The notes under the pieces are model-generated. The model worked only from the letters and a program-made list of their open reading frames with translations, was not told the DNA's origin and did not search any database. 64,000 nt of DNA from an uncultured Ruminococcus sp. (GTDB lineage Bacteria; Bacillota; Clostridia; Oscillospirales; Ruminococcaceae). The stretch spans positions 18,656-82,655 of the forward strand of contig CACZFN010000006.1 of assembly GCA_902780505.1 (NCBI GenBank), written 5' to 3'. The translations under genes were made by a program, and so were the position numbers. This document shows, one piece after another, positions 46,601 to 56,393 of the stretch; position 1 is the stretch's first letter; each line of letters starts with the position of its first letter.

Positions 46601-46793
46601 ATAAGTTAAGCCATGGCACTTCTGCTGAGATACAGCAGAAGTGCCTTTAGCTTTAAGAATAGCAGAATTTTTGTTTTTTGAACATTCCGACGTTTGAAAA
46701 GCAGAAAAATTTACCATTGCAAAAAATGCGCCGAAGTGCTATGATTGATTGTAGAAAGAAACCCCGTCCTTTATTTCCGAGGAGGAATGAACT

Positions 46794-47798
46794 ATGAAAA
46801 AATTAACACGGCTTATGCTTTGCGCATCACTTTGTACATCAATGCTTCTGACTGCCTGCGGGCAGAATGAAAGTTCGGCTGACTCACAGGCGGCAACTGC
46901 CGCAGGGGAAGTATCATCACAGGCAGATGAACGGTCTTCACAGGAAGAATCACAGCCCGACAAGGAGGAGAAGACCTATATGCAGCGCTGCGGGGAACTT
47001 CTTGAGGAAAAGCAGACAGACGAGATAATTAAAAAGCGTGACGGCGTCGAATACCCCAGGTTTGAAAAGCACACCTACTATTCAAACACGGCCGGGCGTG
47101 ATACAAACGTAAATGTCCTGCTGCCTGCGGGGTATTCCGCACAAAAGCAGTACCCTGTACTCTATATCCTTCACGGCTACTGGGATAACGAGGACTGGAT
47201 GGCAAGGGACGTGGTCCATATAAGCACAATGCTGACAAACCTTGTCGCCGACGGAAAAGCTAAGGAAATGATAGTTGTTTGTCCGTATATTTTCTGCAGC
47301 AAAGACCTTGCCTACTGCACAGGAATGGACTATGAAAACACGCTTGCATACGATAATTTCATAAACGACATGATGACAGACCTTATGCCTTATATCGAGA
47401 AGAATTTTTCTGTTGCAAAGGGCAGGGAAAACACGGCCATAACAGGCTTTTCAATGGGCGCAAGGGAAGCTTTGTATATAGGCTTTACATACCCTGACAA
47501 ATTCGGCTATATAGGTTCTGTCTGCACAGCCCCGGGTGTCGTGAACGGCACAGGCAGCCCTTATAACCTTGAAAAGGATCAGTTTACATTTGAGGAGGGC
47601 AGCGAGCCTTATCTCCTGCTTTTAAGTGCAGCGAAGAATGACGGCGTTGTGGGCGGGACGCCTGCGACTTACCACAATATGCTTGAAGGCAGCAGCACCG
47701 AACACTTATGGCACGAGATATCCGGTACAGGGCATGATGCTTCAAGCGTTACACCGCACCTGTACAACCTTTTCAGAATGGTGTTTATGGACAACTGA
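46794..47798 (+). CDS. Secreted esterase-family alpha/beta hydrolase lipoprotein (CE1-like)
   Basis: Lipobox MLLTACGQ. YPVLYILHGYWDNEDW. Nucleophile elbow GFSMGA. C-terminal GTGHD. Confidence 0.7.
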   Translation: MKKLTRLMLCASLCTSMLLTACGQNESSADSQAATAAGEVSSQADERSSQEESQPDKEEKTYMQRCGELLEEKQTDEIIKKRDGVEYPRFEKHTYYSNTAGRDTNVNVLLPAGYSAQKQYPVLYILHGYWDNEDWMARDVVHISTMLTNLVADGKAKEMIVVCPYIFCSKDLAYCTGMDYENTLAYDNFINDMMTDLMPYIEKNFSVAKGRENTAITGFSMGAREALYIGFTYPDKFGYIGSVCTAPGVVNGTGSPYNLEKDQFTFEEGSEPYLLLLSAAKNDGVVGGTPATYHNMLEGSSTEHLWHEISGTGHDASSVTPHLYNLFRMVFMDN

Positions 47799-47820
47799 TA
47801 AAGATTTTTCCTCCAATTAA

Positions 47821-47864
47821 AATATCCCGAAAGCAGCATATGCGCCTTCGGGATATTGTTTTTT
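47821..47864. terminator. Bidirectional terminator between convergent genes
   Basis: AATATCCCGAA...TTCGGGATATT 11-bp stem followed by GTTTTTT. Confidence 0.75.
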
Positions 47865-47867
47865 GTT

Positions 47868-48506
47868 CTATTCTTCCATATTCTCCTTTAGCTTTATGTA
47901 AGTCTTCATAAGTTCAACAGCGCCGTCAATGCCTGTTTTTGAGGAATTTATGCACAGGTCGTAATTTTTGGCATCGCCCCAGCGCATATCGCTGTAATAG
48001 TTGTAGTAGTTGGCACGCCGCTTATCGGTCTTCTTTATGAAATCTTCAAGCTTGTTCTTTTCAATATCATAGCGTGCGGCAATGCGCTGCTTTTTATCGT
48101 AAAGGCTGCCTGTTATAAAGATATTTATAACGTCCTTATGCCCCCTGAGAACATAATCCGCACACCTGCCGACTATAACGCATGGGCCTTTTTCGGCAAG
48201 CTTCTTTATCGTATCGAACTGGGCTAAGAATATCTTGTGATTAAGCGGCATTTCGGGGTTTATACGCCCGTCCTGCGATATCGGGTAGTTGCCCATTACA
48301 AGATTCATAAGGAAGCTGTTTGTATAGCTTTCATCATGTCTGACAAAAAGTTCCTGACATATGCCCGATTCCTTTGATGCCATTTCAAGCAGTTCCTTAT
48401 CATAGAAAGGGATGGAAAGTTCCTCACTGAGCTTATGGCCTATCTCTCGTCCGCCGCTTCCGAATTCACGGCTTATGGTTATTATACTTCTTGTGTTTTC
48501 TTTCAT
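47868..48506 (-). CDS. Cytidylate kinase-like family protein
   Basis: Start at MKENTRSIITISREFGSGGREIGHKLSEELSIPFYDKELL (GAGGGG RBS). Confidence 0.75.
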   Translation of the reverse strand: MKENTRSIITISREFGSGGREIGHKLSEELSIPFYDKELLEMASKESGICQELFVRHDESYTNSFLMNLVMGNYPISQDGRINPEMPLNHKIFLAQFDTIKKLAEKGPCVIVGRCADYVLRGHKDVINIFITGSLYDKKQRIAARYDIEKNKLEDFIKKTDKRRANYYNYYSDMRWGDAKNYDLCINSSKTGIDGAVELMKTYIKLKENMEE

Positions 48507-48668
48507 AGATATCCCCTCTTTCTGCGGGCGGCTGGCACCCTTTACATACAAATGCAAAATATTCCTTTATAGTATTATAACACATTATTTGTGATTTGTA
48601 TACATATTTTTTGCAAATTATTACACAAATTTTGTGCGCACTTTTTGTGCAGTTCTCGTGTTTTGGTG

Positions 48669-49532
48669 TCAGGAGGCGGCGCTGTGAGCCTTCTGAGTCC
48701 CTACCGGGATACTGACTATATAATCCACAAACCCTTCACGCTCGACTTTTTTTGTATTAGCTTTCACCCCCGAAAGCTGCATTACCCTTACCGCCTTGTT
48801 CATGGTGTTTATAAAAAGCCTTACATCTCTTAGTATCGGCGCACGTTTTTTATAGCTCTCTTTCATTTTTTCCTTGCCTGTCATGGCGTTGATATAGCTT
48901 TCGGTCTGACTGACATTAAGACCTTTGGCACTGACCTTTGCAATGACAAGAGCACGTTTTTCAGGCGAATCGAGCCGCAGAAGCGCCCTTGCGTGGCGTT
49001 CGGTAAGGCCGCCTTTGAGTATGGCTGCACGTTCGTCTGTACCAAGTTTTAAAAGCCTTAGCTTATTTGCAACAGCGGGCTGTGAAAGCCCGAGCCGAAG
49101 CGCAGCTTCTTCCTGAGTCATGGAATATTCACGGATAAGGGTTTGTATCGCCTGTGCCTGTTCAAAGAAGTTAAGGTCAGCCCTTTGTATGTTTTCGATA
49201 AGCGCATACACGGCAGAGCGTTCGTCCGAGATATCTGTTATGATACACGGCACGCTTTTAAGCCCTGCTATCCTTGCTGCACGCAGACGGCGCTCACCTG
49301 ATATAAGCTCGTAATACCCGCCCTTGTCCCTGACGGTCAGCGGCTGGATCACACCATCCTGCGAGATGCTTCGGGAGAGCGATATCAGAGCTTCGTTATC
49401 AAAGCATTTCCTTGGCTGATTGGGGTTTGGCTTGATCGCCCCGACTGATATTTCCACCACACAGCCTGTTTTTTCCTGTTCAAATCCAAATATTGACATA
49501 TCCATTGTTTTTCCGAGTAATCCCATTTTCAT
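48669..49532 (-). CDS. ParB/Spo0J/Noc-family DNA-binding protein
   Basis: IKPNPNQPRK, ELISGERRLRAARIAGL, HTH MTQEEAALRLGLSQPAVANKLRLLKL. No parA adjacent. Confidence 0.85.
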   Translation of the reverse strand: MKMGLLGKTMDMSIFGFEQEKTGCVVEISVGAIKPNPNQPRKCFDNEALISLSRSISQDGVIQPLTVRDKGGYYELISGERRLRAARIAGLKSVPCIITDISDERSAVYALIENIQRADLNFFEQAQAIQTLIREYSMTQEEAALRLGLSQPAVANKLRLLKLGTDERAAILKGGLTERHARALLRLDSPEKRALVIAKVSAKGLNVSQTESYINAMTGKEKMKESYKKRAPILRDVRLFINTMNKAVRVMQLSGVKANTKKVEREGFVDYIVSIPVGTQKAHSAAS

Positions 49533-49732
49533 TTTTAAGACCTCCTTTTTTTACAGTATATCACGGCAAAAAACAGAAATCAGTCGAAACCTATCATACT
49601 TAAAGCAGCTGCGCTTTCCGGCTTTTGTTCTTTTTTATTATCACGAGTTCATTTACTTATCATACAATTATCACATTTGCGGGTATAATAGAATATACGG
49701 TAAAAAGGCTCTAAATACAGAGGTTTTGATAT

Positions 49733-51223
49733 ATGGACGATTTTAACAATAACGGTTTTAACAATAATAATAACGGCGGCTATCAGGGCTATGAAAACGG
49801 CTTTTACCATTATAATGGCGCCCAGGGGAATTTCTACGACGGCAGCCGCGGCAATACCTACGGCGGGCAGAATAACACCTACGGTGCACAGAACAACGCC
49901 TACGGCAGGCCGGTTTACGGCGGGAATATGGGAAATATGAATGAATATTCCTACCACCCGTCAGATGTCGGCTCAAAAAAGAAAAGCCGGGTTATGCCTG
50001 CGGTCATAGCTGTGCTTTGTGTCTGTATAGCAGCGGTCGGTGCTGTAGCGGGGTATAATCTTATTTCGGACGGCGCGGCAGTTGACGAGAGTTCCAGCTC
50101 GATAGGCGAACGTGTACATTCAAATAACACGGCTGACAAGGCAAAGACGGCTTCCACTGTTGACAGGTCTGACCTGCCGACGATAGAGCAGCTTTCCACG
50201 CCTGATGATGCGCTGAGTATCCCGGAGATAGTTGAACTTGTATCGCCGTCAGTCGTTGGTATATCCTGTGATCCGGGGACGGGCGGACTGTATACGGGCA
50301 CAGGCATAATTTTAAGCGATGACGGATATGTTATAACAAACGCCCACGTTGTAAGCGCAAGCAGGGACGGGAGCGGCATAAGTGTCATGCTTCACGAAAG
50401 CTATTACGACGAGAAAGATGATGAGGCGGCACTTGTTGAGGCCGAGCTTGTCGGGCGTGATACCCAGTCGGACATAGCAGTGCTCAAAATAGACAAGAAA
50501 GACCTTAAACCTGCAACCCTCGGAACATCTTCCGAGATAAAGGTGGGGGAGGCTTCTATAGTAATAGGCAACCCGCTCGGCTTTGAACTTAAAGGCTCTG
50601 TTACAGCGGGGATAATATCGGCGACCGACAGAACGCTCACCGTTGAGGACAGGACAATGAAGCTTATCCAGACTGATGCCTCTATAAACAACGGCAACTC
50701 GGGCGGGCCTTTGATAAATGCCTACGGTCAGGTGATCGGGATAACATCTGTAAAGGTATCTTCGACCTACGGCGAAGGTCTGGGCTTCGCTATCCCGATA
50801 GATGAAGCTATACCGATAATAAATGACCTTATGGAATACGGCTATGTAACAGGCAGGCCGACACTTGGCATTTCGGGCAAGAATATCACAGAGGTCTACT
50901 CGCAGTATTACGGCGTTCCCGAAGGGTTTTTGATAGCTGATATGACATCAGGCGGACCGGCTGACAACGCGGGGCTTGAAATAGGCGACATAATCGTCGG
51001 CATAAACGGCACGACGATAAAGACCGTTGAAGAACTCAACGCGATAAAAGAGAATTTCAAGGCGGGCGATACTGTGACCATCGCATACTACCGCAACGAT
51101 AAGATAAACAGCGTTGAGCTTGTTCTGGGCGATGCCGCAGTTACCGGCAAGGGCAGCGATACCCAGTCTGAAGATGACGGCTACGGCCGTTATGGCGGCG
51201 GTTTCGGCGGGTTTGGTTTCTGA
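49733..51223 (+). CDS. HtrA/DegP-type S1C serine protease with PDZ domain and N/G/Y-rich N-terminal region
   Basis: TNAHV, DIAVLK, GNSGGPLIN catalytic triad context. One TM segment. PDZ LEIGDIIVGINGT. Confidence 0.85.
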   Translation: MDDFNNNGFNNNNNGGYQGYENGFYHYNGAQGNFYDGSRGNTYGGQNNTYGAQNNAYGRPVYGGNMGNMNEYSYHPSDVGSKKKSRVMPAVIAVLCVCIAAVGAVAGYNLISDGAAVDESSSSIGERVHSNNTADKAKTASTVDRSDLPTIEQLSTPDDALSIPEIVELVSPSVVGISCDPGTGGLYTGTGIILSDDGYVITNAHVVSASRDGSGISVMLHESYYDEKDDEAALVEAELVGRDTQSDIAVLKIDKKDLKPATLGTSSEIKVGEASIVIGNPLGFELKGSVTAGIISATDRTLTVEDRTMKLIQTDASINNGNSGGPLINAYGQVIGITSVKVSSTYGEGLGFAIPIDEAIPIINDLMEYGYVTGRPTLGISGKNITEVYSQYYGVPEGFLIADMTSGGPADNAGLEIGDIIVGINGTTIKTVEELNAIKENFKAGDTVTIAYYRNDKINSVELVLGDAAVTGKGSDTQSEDDGYGRYGGGFGGFGF

Positions 51224-51321
51224 GCCGGAACATGATAATGCTTTTTCCTAATTTTTCATATTCTTTTACTTCCGATACCCCGTCGGCTCGTTTATGAGCC
51301 GGCGGGGTTATCCGTTTGCGG

Positions 51322-51350
51322 GCATAATTTTTTTCCGGGGCGCATACATT
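51322..51350 (+). promoter_or_regulatory. Candidate sigma-E-type sporulation promoter for yabP-yabQ
   Basis: GCATAAT (51322..51328), 14 nt, CATACATT (51343..51350). Resembles the B. subtilis sigma-E consensus (ATA-type -35, CATACA-T -10). Confidence 0.4.
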
Positions 51351-51384
51351 GTACTAAGGCATTATGCGTAAAGGGGTGCAGAAA

Positions 51385-51642
51385 ATGGAAACACACAATA
51401 TTATTCTTGAGGACAGAAAAAAGCTGCATTTAAGCGGTGTGACGGATGTTGACTGCTTTAACGAGTGCGAGATAAGGCTTTACACCGAACTTGGTACGCT
51501 TTCGGTAAAGGGAAGGGGGCTGCACGTAAATGAAATAAGCATTGAAAGCGGCAGCACTGTTATCGAGGGCGAAATAGATTCGCTCGTATATGGCGATAAT
51601 ACGACTAAAAAGCTCGGACTGAAGGGAAGGCTGCTCAAATGA
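51385..51642 (+). CDS. yabP: Sporulation protein YabP
   Basis: METHNIILEDRKKLHLSGVTDVDCFNECEIRLYTELGTLSVKGRGLHV. Confidence 0.85.
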   Translation: METHNIILEDRKKLHLSGVTDVDCFNECEIRLYTELGTLSVKGRGLHVNEISIESGSTVIEGEIDSLVYGDNTTKKLGLKGRLLK

Positions 51643-52109
51643 CGGCGCTGCTGCGTACCTTTGATGGTATGCTGCCTATGCAGCTCGGTGCAGCAAGAGA
51701 ATGCCGGCTTTTCGGTCTTGCCTGCCTTGCGGGGGCGGTGCTTGGGCTTTTGTACCAGGTCATAAGGGCAGTAAGGGTAGTGATACCGCATTTTAAGGCT
51801 GTCGTTTTCATAGAGGATATGCTGTTCGGGCTTATGTTCGGGCTTGCACTTGTTTTGCTTTGCACAGGTGAGCAGACAAGGGTGCGGGGATTTGTACTTT
51901 TCGGTGAGGGCTTTGCGGCATTGCTTGTTCACTTTGCGGTAGGAAGGCCGCTTATCAGGGGATTTTCTGCCATTTACAGCCTGATCAGAAGAAAACTGAT
52001 ACAGCCCGTAATTGATATAATTGCTAAAAATGCAAAAAGGGCATCTCGGAAAATTGTTCAAAAATACAAAAATTTAAAATTCTTTAAAAAAGTGGAGAAA
52101 AGCGCTTGA
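51639..52109 (+). CDS. yabQ: Spore cortex biosynthesis protein YabQ
   Basis: ATGA overlap with yabP. Hydrophobic segments with FIEDMLFGLMFGLALVLL. Conserved position after yabP. Confidence 0.75.
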   Translation: MTALLRTFDGMLPMQLGAARECRLFGLACLAGAVLGLLYQVIRAVRVVIPHFKAVVFIEDMLFGLMFGLALVLLCTGEQTRVRGFVLFGEGFAALLVHFAVGRPLIRGFSAIYSLIRRKLIQPVIDIIAKNAKRASRKIVQKYKNLKFFKKVEKSA

Positions 52110-52168
52110 AAGTGCCCGCTTGTTTGGTGTATAATAAAAAAGTAAGTAAGTAAAAGGGGTGAGTGTTT

Positions 52169-52486
52169 GTGGCTGTAAAAAAAGGCGGGGAAGCTAAAAA
52201 GGAAAAGAAAAGCATTATAATTTCGCTTCTTAGCTTTTTGGCGGTCGTGTCACTTGCGATATATGCCGTGTGGTCTATAGTGGCTCAGCAGACGGAAATA
52301 GCACAGCTCAGGCGCGAAACTGACGAGCTTTCCGAAAAGATAACCGTTGCCAAACAGCAGAACGACGAATACACAAGGCTGCTCAGCGAGGACGACGAGG
52401 ACGCTTATATGGAGCAGATAGCCATAGGCAAGCTCGGTTATGCATACCCCGACGAAAAGCGTTTTTATATTATCAGCGGTGACTGA
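52169..52486 (+). CDS. divIC: Septum formation initiator (DivIC/FtsB family)
   Basis: GTG start (52163 or 52169; AAGGGGTG RBS). TM segment plus coiled coil QTEIAQLRRETDELSEKI, then IAIGKLGYAYPDEKRFY. Confidence 0.8.
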   Translation: MAVKKGGEAKKEKKSIIISLLSFLAVVSLAIYAVWSIVAQQTEIAQLRRETDELSEKITVAKQQNDEYTRLLSEDDEDAYMEQIAIGKLGYAYPDEKRFYIISGD

Positions 52487-52552
52487 TAAGGCAAGCAGGG
52501 GGACTGCGCAGTCTTATTATATATATGGTATATGGAAGGAAAACATTGGAAT

Positions 52553-53059
52553 ATGGAGCTTGAGGCAGGAAAGATCTACGAGGGCAAGGTAACAGGCATA
52601 ACCAAGTTCGGCGCATTTGTTGAGCTTGAAAAGGGTACGACGGGAATGGTGCATATATCTGAGGTGGCAAATACGTTTGTCAGCGAGATAAAGGATCACC
52701 TGACCGAAGGGCAGACGGTAAAGGTAAAGGTGCTCTCCCTCGGGGACGACGGCAAGATAAGCCTTTCGATAAAAAAAGCACTGCCCGCACCGCCGAAGAA
52801 GGACTTCAGGGGCGGGGACAATAAGGGCAGGTTCGATAAGCGGCCGCAGGGCGGTTTTAAAAAGGAACGCCCCGCATATGATGCACAGCCTGCGGCAGAC
52901 TATACTAAGACGCCCCCGCCTGTATACATAAACAAGACAAGTGATGACCAGAACTTTGAGGATATGCTCAGCCGCTTCAAGGCGACAAGCGAGGAGAAGT
53001 TTTCTGACCTGAAACACGTTATGGATAATAAAAGGCGCGGATCGTCAAGAAGAAAATAA
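52553..53059 (+). CDS. yabR: S1 RNA-binding domain protein (YabR-like)
   Basis: GKIYEGKVTGITKFGAFVELEKGTTGMVHISEV..VKVKVLSL. Basic C-terminal tail. Confidence 0.85.
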   Translation: MELEAGKIYEGKVTGITKFGAFVELEKGTTGMVHISEVANTFVSEIKDHLTEGQTVKVKVLSLGDDGKISLSIKKALPAPPKKDFRGGDNKGRFDKRPQGGFKKERPAYDAQPAADYTKTPPPVYINKTSDDQNFEDMLSRFKATSEEKFSDLKHVMDNKRRGSSRRK

Positions 53060-53067
53060 AAAATACA

Positions 53068-53088
53068 AAGCCGCCGTGTGCGGCTTTT
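53068..53088 (+). terminator. Intrinsic terminator after yabR
   Basis: AAGCCGC-CGTGT-GCGGCTT followed by TT. Confidence 0.6.
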
Positions 53089-53109
53089 GTCAGTTTAGGG
53101 AGTGTAATA

Positions 53110-53370
53110 ATGGCGGGATTCAAAAAAACCGTGGCGTTTATATTTTTCTTTGCGGCGGGCATAGTGCTCGGCGCGTTTATAAGCTATCTTGCAGACGGCT
53201 CGGCACTTGGCTGGCTTGCGTGGGGCAAGGAACTCGGCATTGAGAATATAGATCTCAACCTTTATATAATAAGGTTCAGCTTCGGGCTGATGCTCAACTG
53301 TACGGTGGCACAGCTTATCACTATCCCGATAATGCTTATAGTCTATGCAAAGACCTGCAAGAGCTTATAA
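53110..53370 (+). CDS. Small membrane protein (DUF4321-like)
   Basis: 86 aa with two TM segments. Sequence pattern resembles DUF4321 proteins of sporulating Firmicutes. Confidence 0.55.
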   Translation: MAGFKKTVAFIFFFAAGIVLGAFISYLADGSALGWLAWGKELGIENIDLNLYIIRFSFGLMLNCTVAQLITIPIMLIVYAKTCKSL

Positions 53371-53485
53371 TGGAACAGCGCCTTCGGGCTTGATGATTTT
53401 ATGCGGATAATAGATCTTATGCCGTACATTGTAAGAATGGATTTTGAAAACGGCAGACGTACCGCACTAAAAGAGGTAGCATACA

Positions 53486-54169
53486 TTGAGAAAGAGTTTA
53501 AAAAATAAGCTTGCCTGTACGCTTATGGTCTTACTGGCGCTTGTAATACTATCCTCCTGCGGGGAGGTGCCTGATGTTGAGGGCGGCGAGCTTTTGAAAA
53601 AAGCGAGAGATGCGTATTCCTCGCTTGAAAGCGCAAGAGTTATCATGACAAATATGCAGACTGATGAAGCCGAGCAGGAGTTTGTTTTCAAGTATGATGA
53701 AAAGGGTATACTTACCTATTCATATGTCGGCAAAAGCGATAAGACGAGTTATGCCCAGTTCAACAACGGCATAGAGAGCTTCACTGAGGAAAACGGCAAG
53801 GTAACACACCTTGTGCGCGGTGATAAGGATTTCGCAGCATATTCAAAGGACGCCAGGCACCCGCAGGCGGATAAGGGACTTATAATCTATCAGCCGCAGT
53901 CGGTGAAGAAGGCTCAGGTCACTGACGAGAACGGAACTACACATATCAGACACGAATATGATATGGAAAAGATAAGCCCCGAACTTGACGAGGGCAGGGC
54001 AACAGCTTTCTATGCGGATTACTATTTTAATAAGGACGATGAGCTTTTGTACTTCACCGAAACCACCGAAGCTGATGTGGAGGGCGAAAAGAAGATATAC
54101 GCCTATAAAATAGAGATAACTGAAAAAAATGCCGTTGAAAGAGTTGAGAACCCTGTTAAAACTGACTGA
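53486..54169 (+). CDS. Hypothetical lipoprotein
   Basis: TTG start with AGAGGT RBS. Lipobox LVILSSCGE. No family recognised. Confidence 0.55.
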   Translation: MRKSLKNKLACTLMVLLALVILSSCGEVPDVEGGELLKKARDAYSSLESARVIMTNMQTDEAEQEFVFKYDEKGILTYSYVGKSDKTSYAQFNNGIESFTEENGKVTHLVRGDKDFAAYSKDARHPQADKGLIIYQPQSVKKAQVTDENGTTHIRHEYDMEKISPELDEGRATAFYADYYFNKDDELLYFTETTEADVEGEKKIYAYKIEITEKNAVERVENPVKTD

Positions 54170-54312
54170 TAAAATGATATATGCCCGCAGATCGTGCTTT
54201 AAAGCAGTGTGCGGGCACAATATGTAGATGTGCTTACAATGGGTTGTGAAAAGTGCACAAGTTTAAACAAAAATATAGGCAAAAGTTCTATGTACGAAAA
54301 ATAAAATATATC

Positions 54313-54341
54313 TTGCAAAAGTGTGGTAAATGCTGTATAAT
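54313..54341 (+). promoter_or_regulatory. Promoter upstream of the S10 operon leader
   Basis: TTGCAA (54313..54318), 17-nt spacer, TATAAT (54336..54341). Confidence 0.65.
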
Positions 54342-54584
54342 AATACTTGCGTGACTGCAAGGTGCGCTTTTGAGGTGTACCTGCCTGATGTCTGATCGCA
54401 TCGGGAACGCAATGATATGCGATGAAGTGAAAGGTTGCCGGCGGTATGTCGGGGAATTTTCATGGAGTATGTCCGATTTTAAACCGGGCGGCTGAAATAC
54501 TACACGGTATGTGCTTATGCTTCTTGCGAAGGGCGGTTTGTGCCGCTTTTGGCGTGGGTGCGTATGGCCTTGTGTGAATGCCTT

Positions 54585-54615
54585 CCGAAAATCCTGTGAT
54601 TTTTGGTTTTTTTTT
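54585..54615 (+). terminator. Intrinsic terminator/attenuator inside the S10 leader
   Basis: CCGAAAATC-CTGT-GATTTTTGG (9 bp, one G-U) followed by nine T, about 85 nt upstream of the rpsJ ATG. Confidence 0.6.
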
Positions 54616-54625
54616 ATTATAAAGG

Positions 54626-54671
54626 CAGGGAACACACGGGTGGGTTGTAAAGTATTTTGTAATGTCCCCTG
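54626..54671 (+). promoter_or_regulatory. Leader RNA motif copy A (CAGGGAACACACGGG..TGTAA..GTCCCCTG)
   Basis: Shares GGGAA(A)CACACGGG-N4/5-TGTAA and a closing stem with copy B at 56734..56777. Confidence 0.45.
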
Positions 54672-54700
54672 AAGTTATTTTGCACAAGGAGGCGATTTTA

Positions 54701-55015
54701 ATGGCAGTCAATGAAAAGATCAGGATCAAGATCAAGGGTTATGAGCACGCAGTTGTTGATGCTGCCGCTGCTAAGATAGTAGACGCTGCTAAGAGGTCGG
54801 GCGCACAGGTTTCAGGACCTATCCCGCTTCCCACAGACAAGGAGATCATCACTATCTTGAGAGCTGTACACAAGTACAAGGACAGCAGAGAGCAGTTCGA
54901 GCTCAGAACACACAAAAGACTTATCGACGTTATCCGTCCTACAAAGGAAACGATGACAGCGCTCGAAGGTCTTGAACTTCCTGCAGGCGTAAATATCGTT
55001 ATGGAAACAAGGTAA
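54701..55015 (+). CDS. rpsJ: 30S ribosomal protein S10
   Basis: Start at [16 protein letters not shown] (AAGGAGG RBS). Typical S10. Confidence 0.95.
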   Translation: MAVNEKIRIKIKGYEHAVVDAAAAKIVDAAKRSGAQVSGPIPLPTDKEIITILRAVHKYKDSREQFELRTHKRLIDVIRPTKETMTALEGLELPAGVNIVMETR

Positions 55016-55112
55016 TTTCCAAATGATATCTTAAATTAAGATATCGCATACGGTAACAACGTGCAGGTCATGTCGGCAGGCCCGACCAATAACCGAAATA
55101 GGAGGAAAAACA

Positions 55113-55751
55113 ATGGTAAAGGGAATCATTGGCAAGAAGATCGGTATGACACAGATCTTTGATGAAGCGGGAAAAGTAGTTCCCGTAACTGTCGTTGAGG
55201 CAGGCCCCTGCGTAGTCGTTCAGAAGAAGACAAACGAGAACGACGGCTATGAAGCAGTACAGCTCGGCTTTGGCGATATCAGGGCAAAGAACGTTAATAA
55301 GCCCCTTGCAGGACATTTTGCAAAGGCAAACGTTGCTCAGAAGAGAACTCTTAAAGAGTTCAGATTTGACGATATTTCAGGCTACAATGTAGGCGATATC
55401 GTAAAGGCAGACTCTTTTGCTGAGGGCGACATCATTGATGTAAGCGGTACAAGCAAAGGTCACGGTTTTACAGGCACTATCAAGCGTCACAACAACGCAA
55501 GACTGAAGGAAACACACGGTACCGGCCCTGTTCACAGGCACGCCGGCTCTATGGGCGCCTGCTCAAGCCCTTCGAGAATCTATAAGGGCAAGGGTATGCC
55601 CGGACAGATGGGTAACGAAAAGGTTACTGTTCAGAACCTTACAGTTGTAAAGGTAGACGCTGAAAATAATCTTATTGCAATAAAGGGTGCTATCCCCGGC
55701 CCTAAGAACGGCACTGTAGTTCTTACGGACGCAATAAAGAAAAAGGCTTAG
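55113..55751 (+). CDS. rplC: 50S ribosomal protein L3
   Basis: [33 protein letters not shown]. Confidence 0.95.
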   Translation: MVKGIIGKKIGMTQIFDEAGKVVPVTVVEAGPCVVVQKKTNENDGYEAVQLGFGDIRAKNVNKPLAGHFAKANVAQKRTLKEFRFDDISGYNVGDIVKADSFAEGDIIDVSGTSKGHGFTGTIKRHNNARLKETHGTGPVHRHAGSMGACSSPSRIYKGKGMPGQMGNEKVTVQNLTVVKVDAENNLIAIKGAIPGPKNGTVVLTDAIKKKA

Positions 55752-55769
55752 TGGAAGGAGGAATAGACA

Positions 55770-56393
55770 ATGTCACAGGTTTCAGTATTTGATATGACAG
55801 GCAAAAAGGTCGCCGACGCTGAGCTTAATGACGCTGTATTCGGCATCACACCGAACGTAAGCGTAATGCACGCTATGGTAGTAAACTACCTCGCAAATCA
55901 GAGACAGGGCACACAGTCGACTCTTACAAGAACAGAAGTAAGGGGCGGCGGCAGAAAGCCCTGGAGACAAAAGGGTACAGGCCACGCAAGACAGGGCTCT
56001 ATCAGAGCTCCCCAGTGGACACACGGCGGTGTTGCTTTAGGCCCGAAGCCCAGAGATTACAGCTATTCACTCAACAAGAAGGAAAGAAGACTTGCTATGA
56101 AGTCTGCACTTTCTTCAAAGGTGATTGATAAGGATCTCGTGGTAGTAGATGCTATCAAGACAGAAGAATATAAGACAAAGACTATCGTTGCAATGCTCGA
56201 GGCACTTGGTGCTGACAAAAAGGCGCTTATCGTTCTTGAAGGCAACGACAGCAAGGTAATAAAGAGCGCAGCTAATATCCCCGGCGTTAAGACTGCAAGC
56301 GTTAATACACTTAATGTATATGACATTCTTAACTATGATAAGTTTATCGTAGAGCAGGGCGCTGTTGCTAAGATCGAGGAGGTTTATGCGTAA
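55770..56393 (+). CDS. rplD: 50S ribosomal protein L4
   Basis: RQGTQSTLTRTEVRGGGRKPWRQKGTGHARQGS. Confidence 0.95.
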   Translation: MSQVSVFDMTGKKVADAELNDAVFGITPNVSVMHAMVVNYLANQRQGTQSTLTRTEVRGGGRKPWRQKGTGHARQGSIRAPQWTHGGVALGPKPRDYSYSLNKKERRLAMKSALSSKVIDKDLVVVDAIKTEEYKTKTIVAMLEALGADKKALIVLEGNDSKVIKSAANIPGVKTASVNTLNVYDILNYDKFIVEQGAVAKIEEVYA

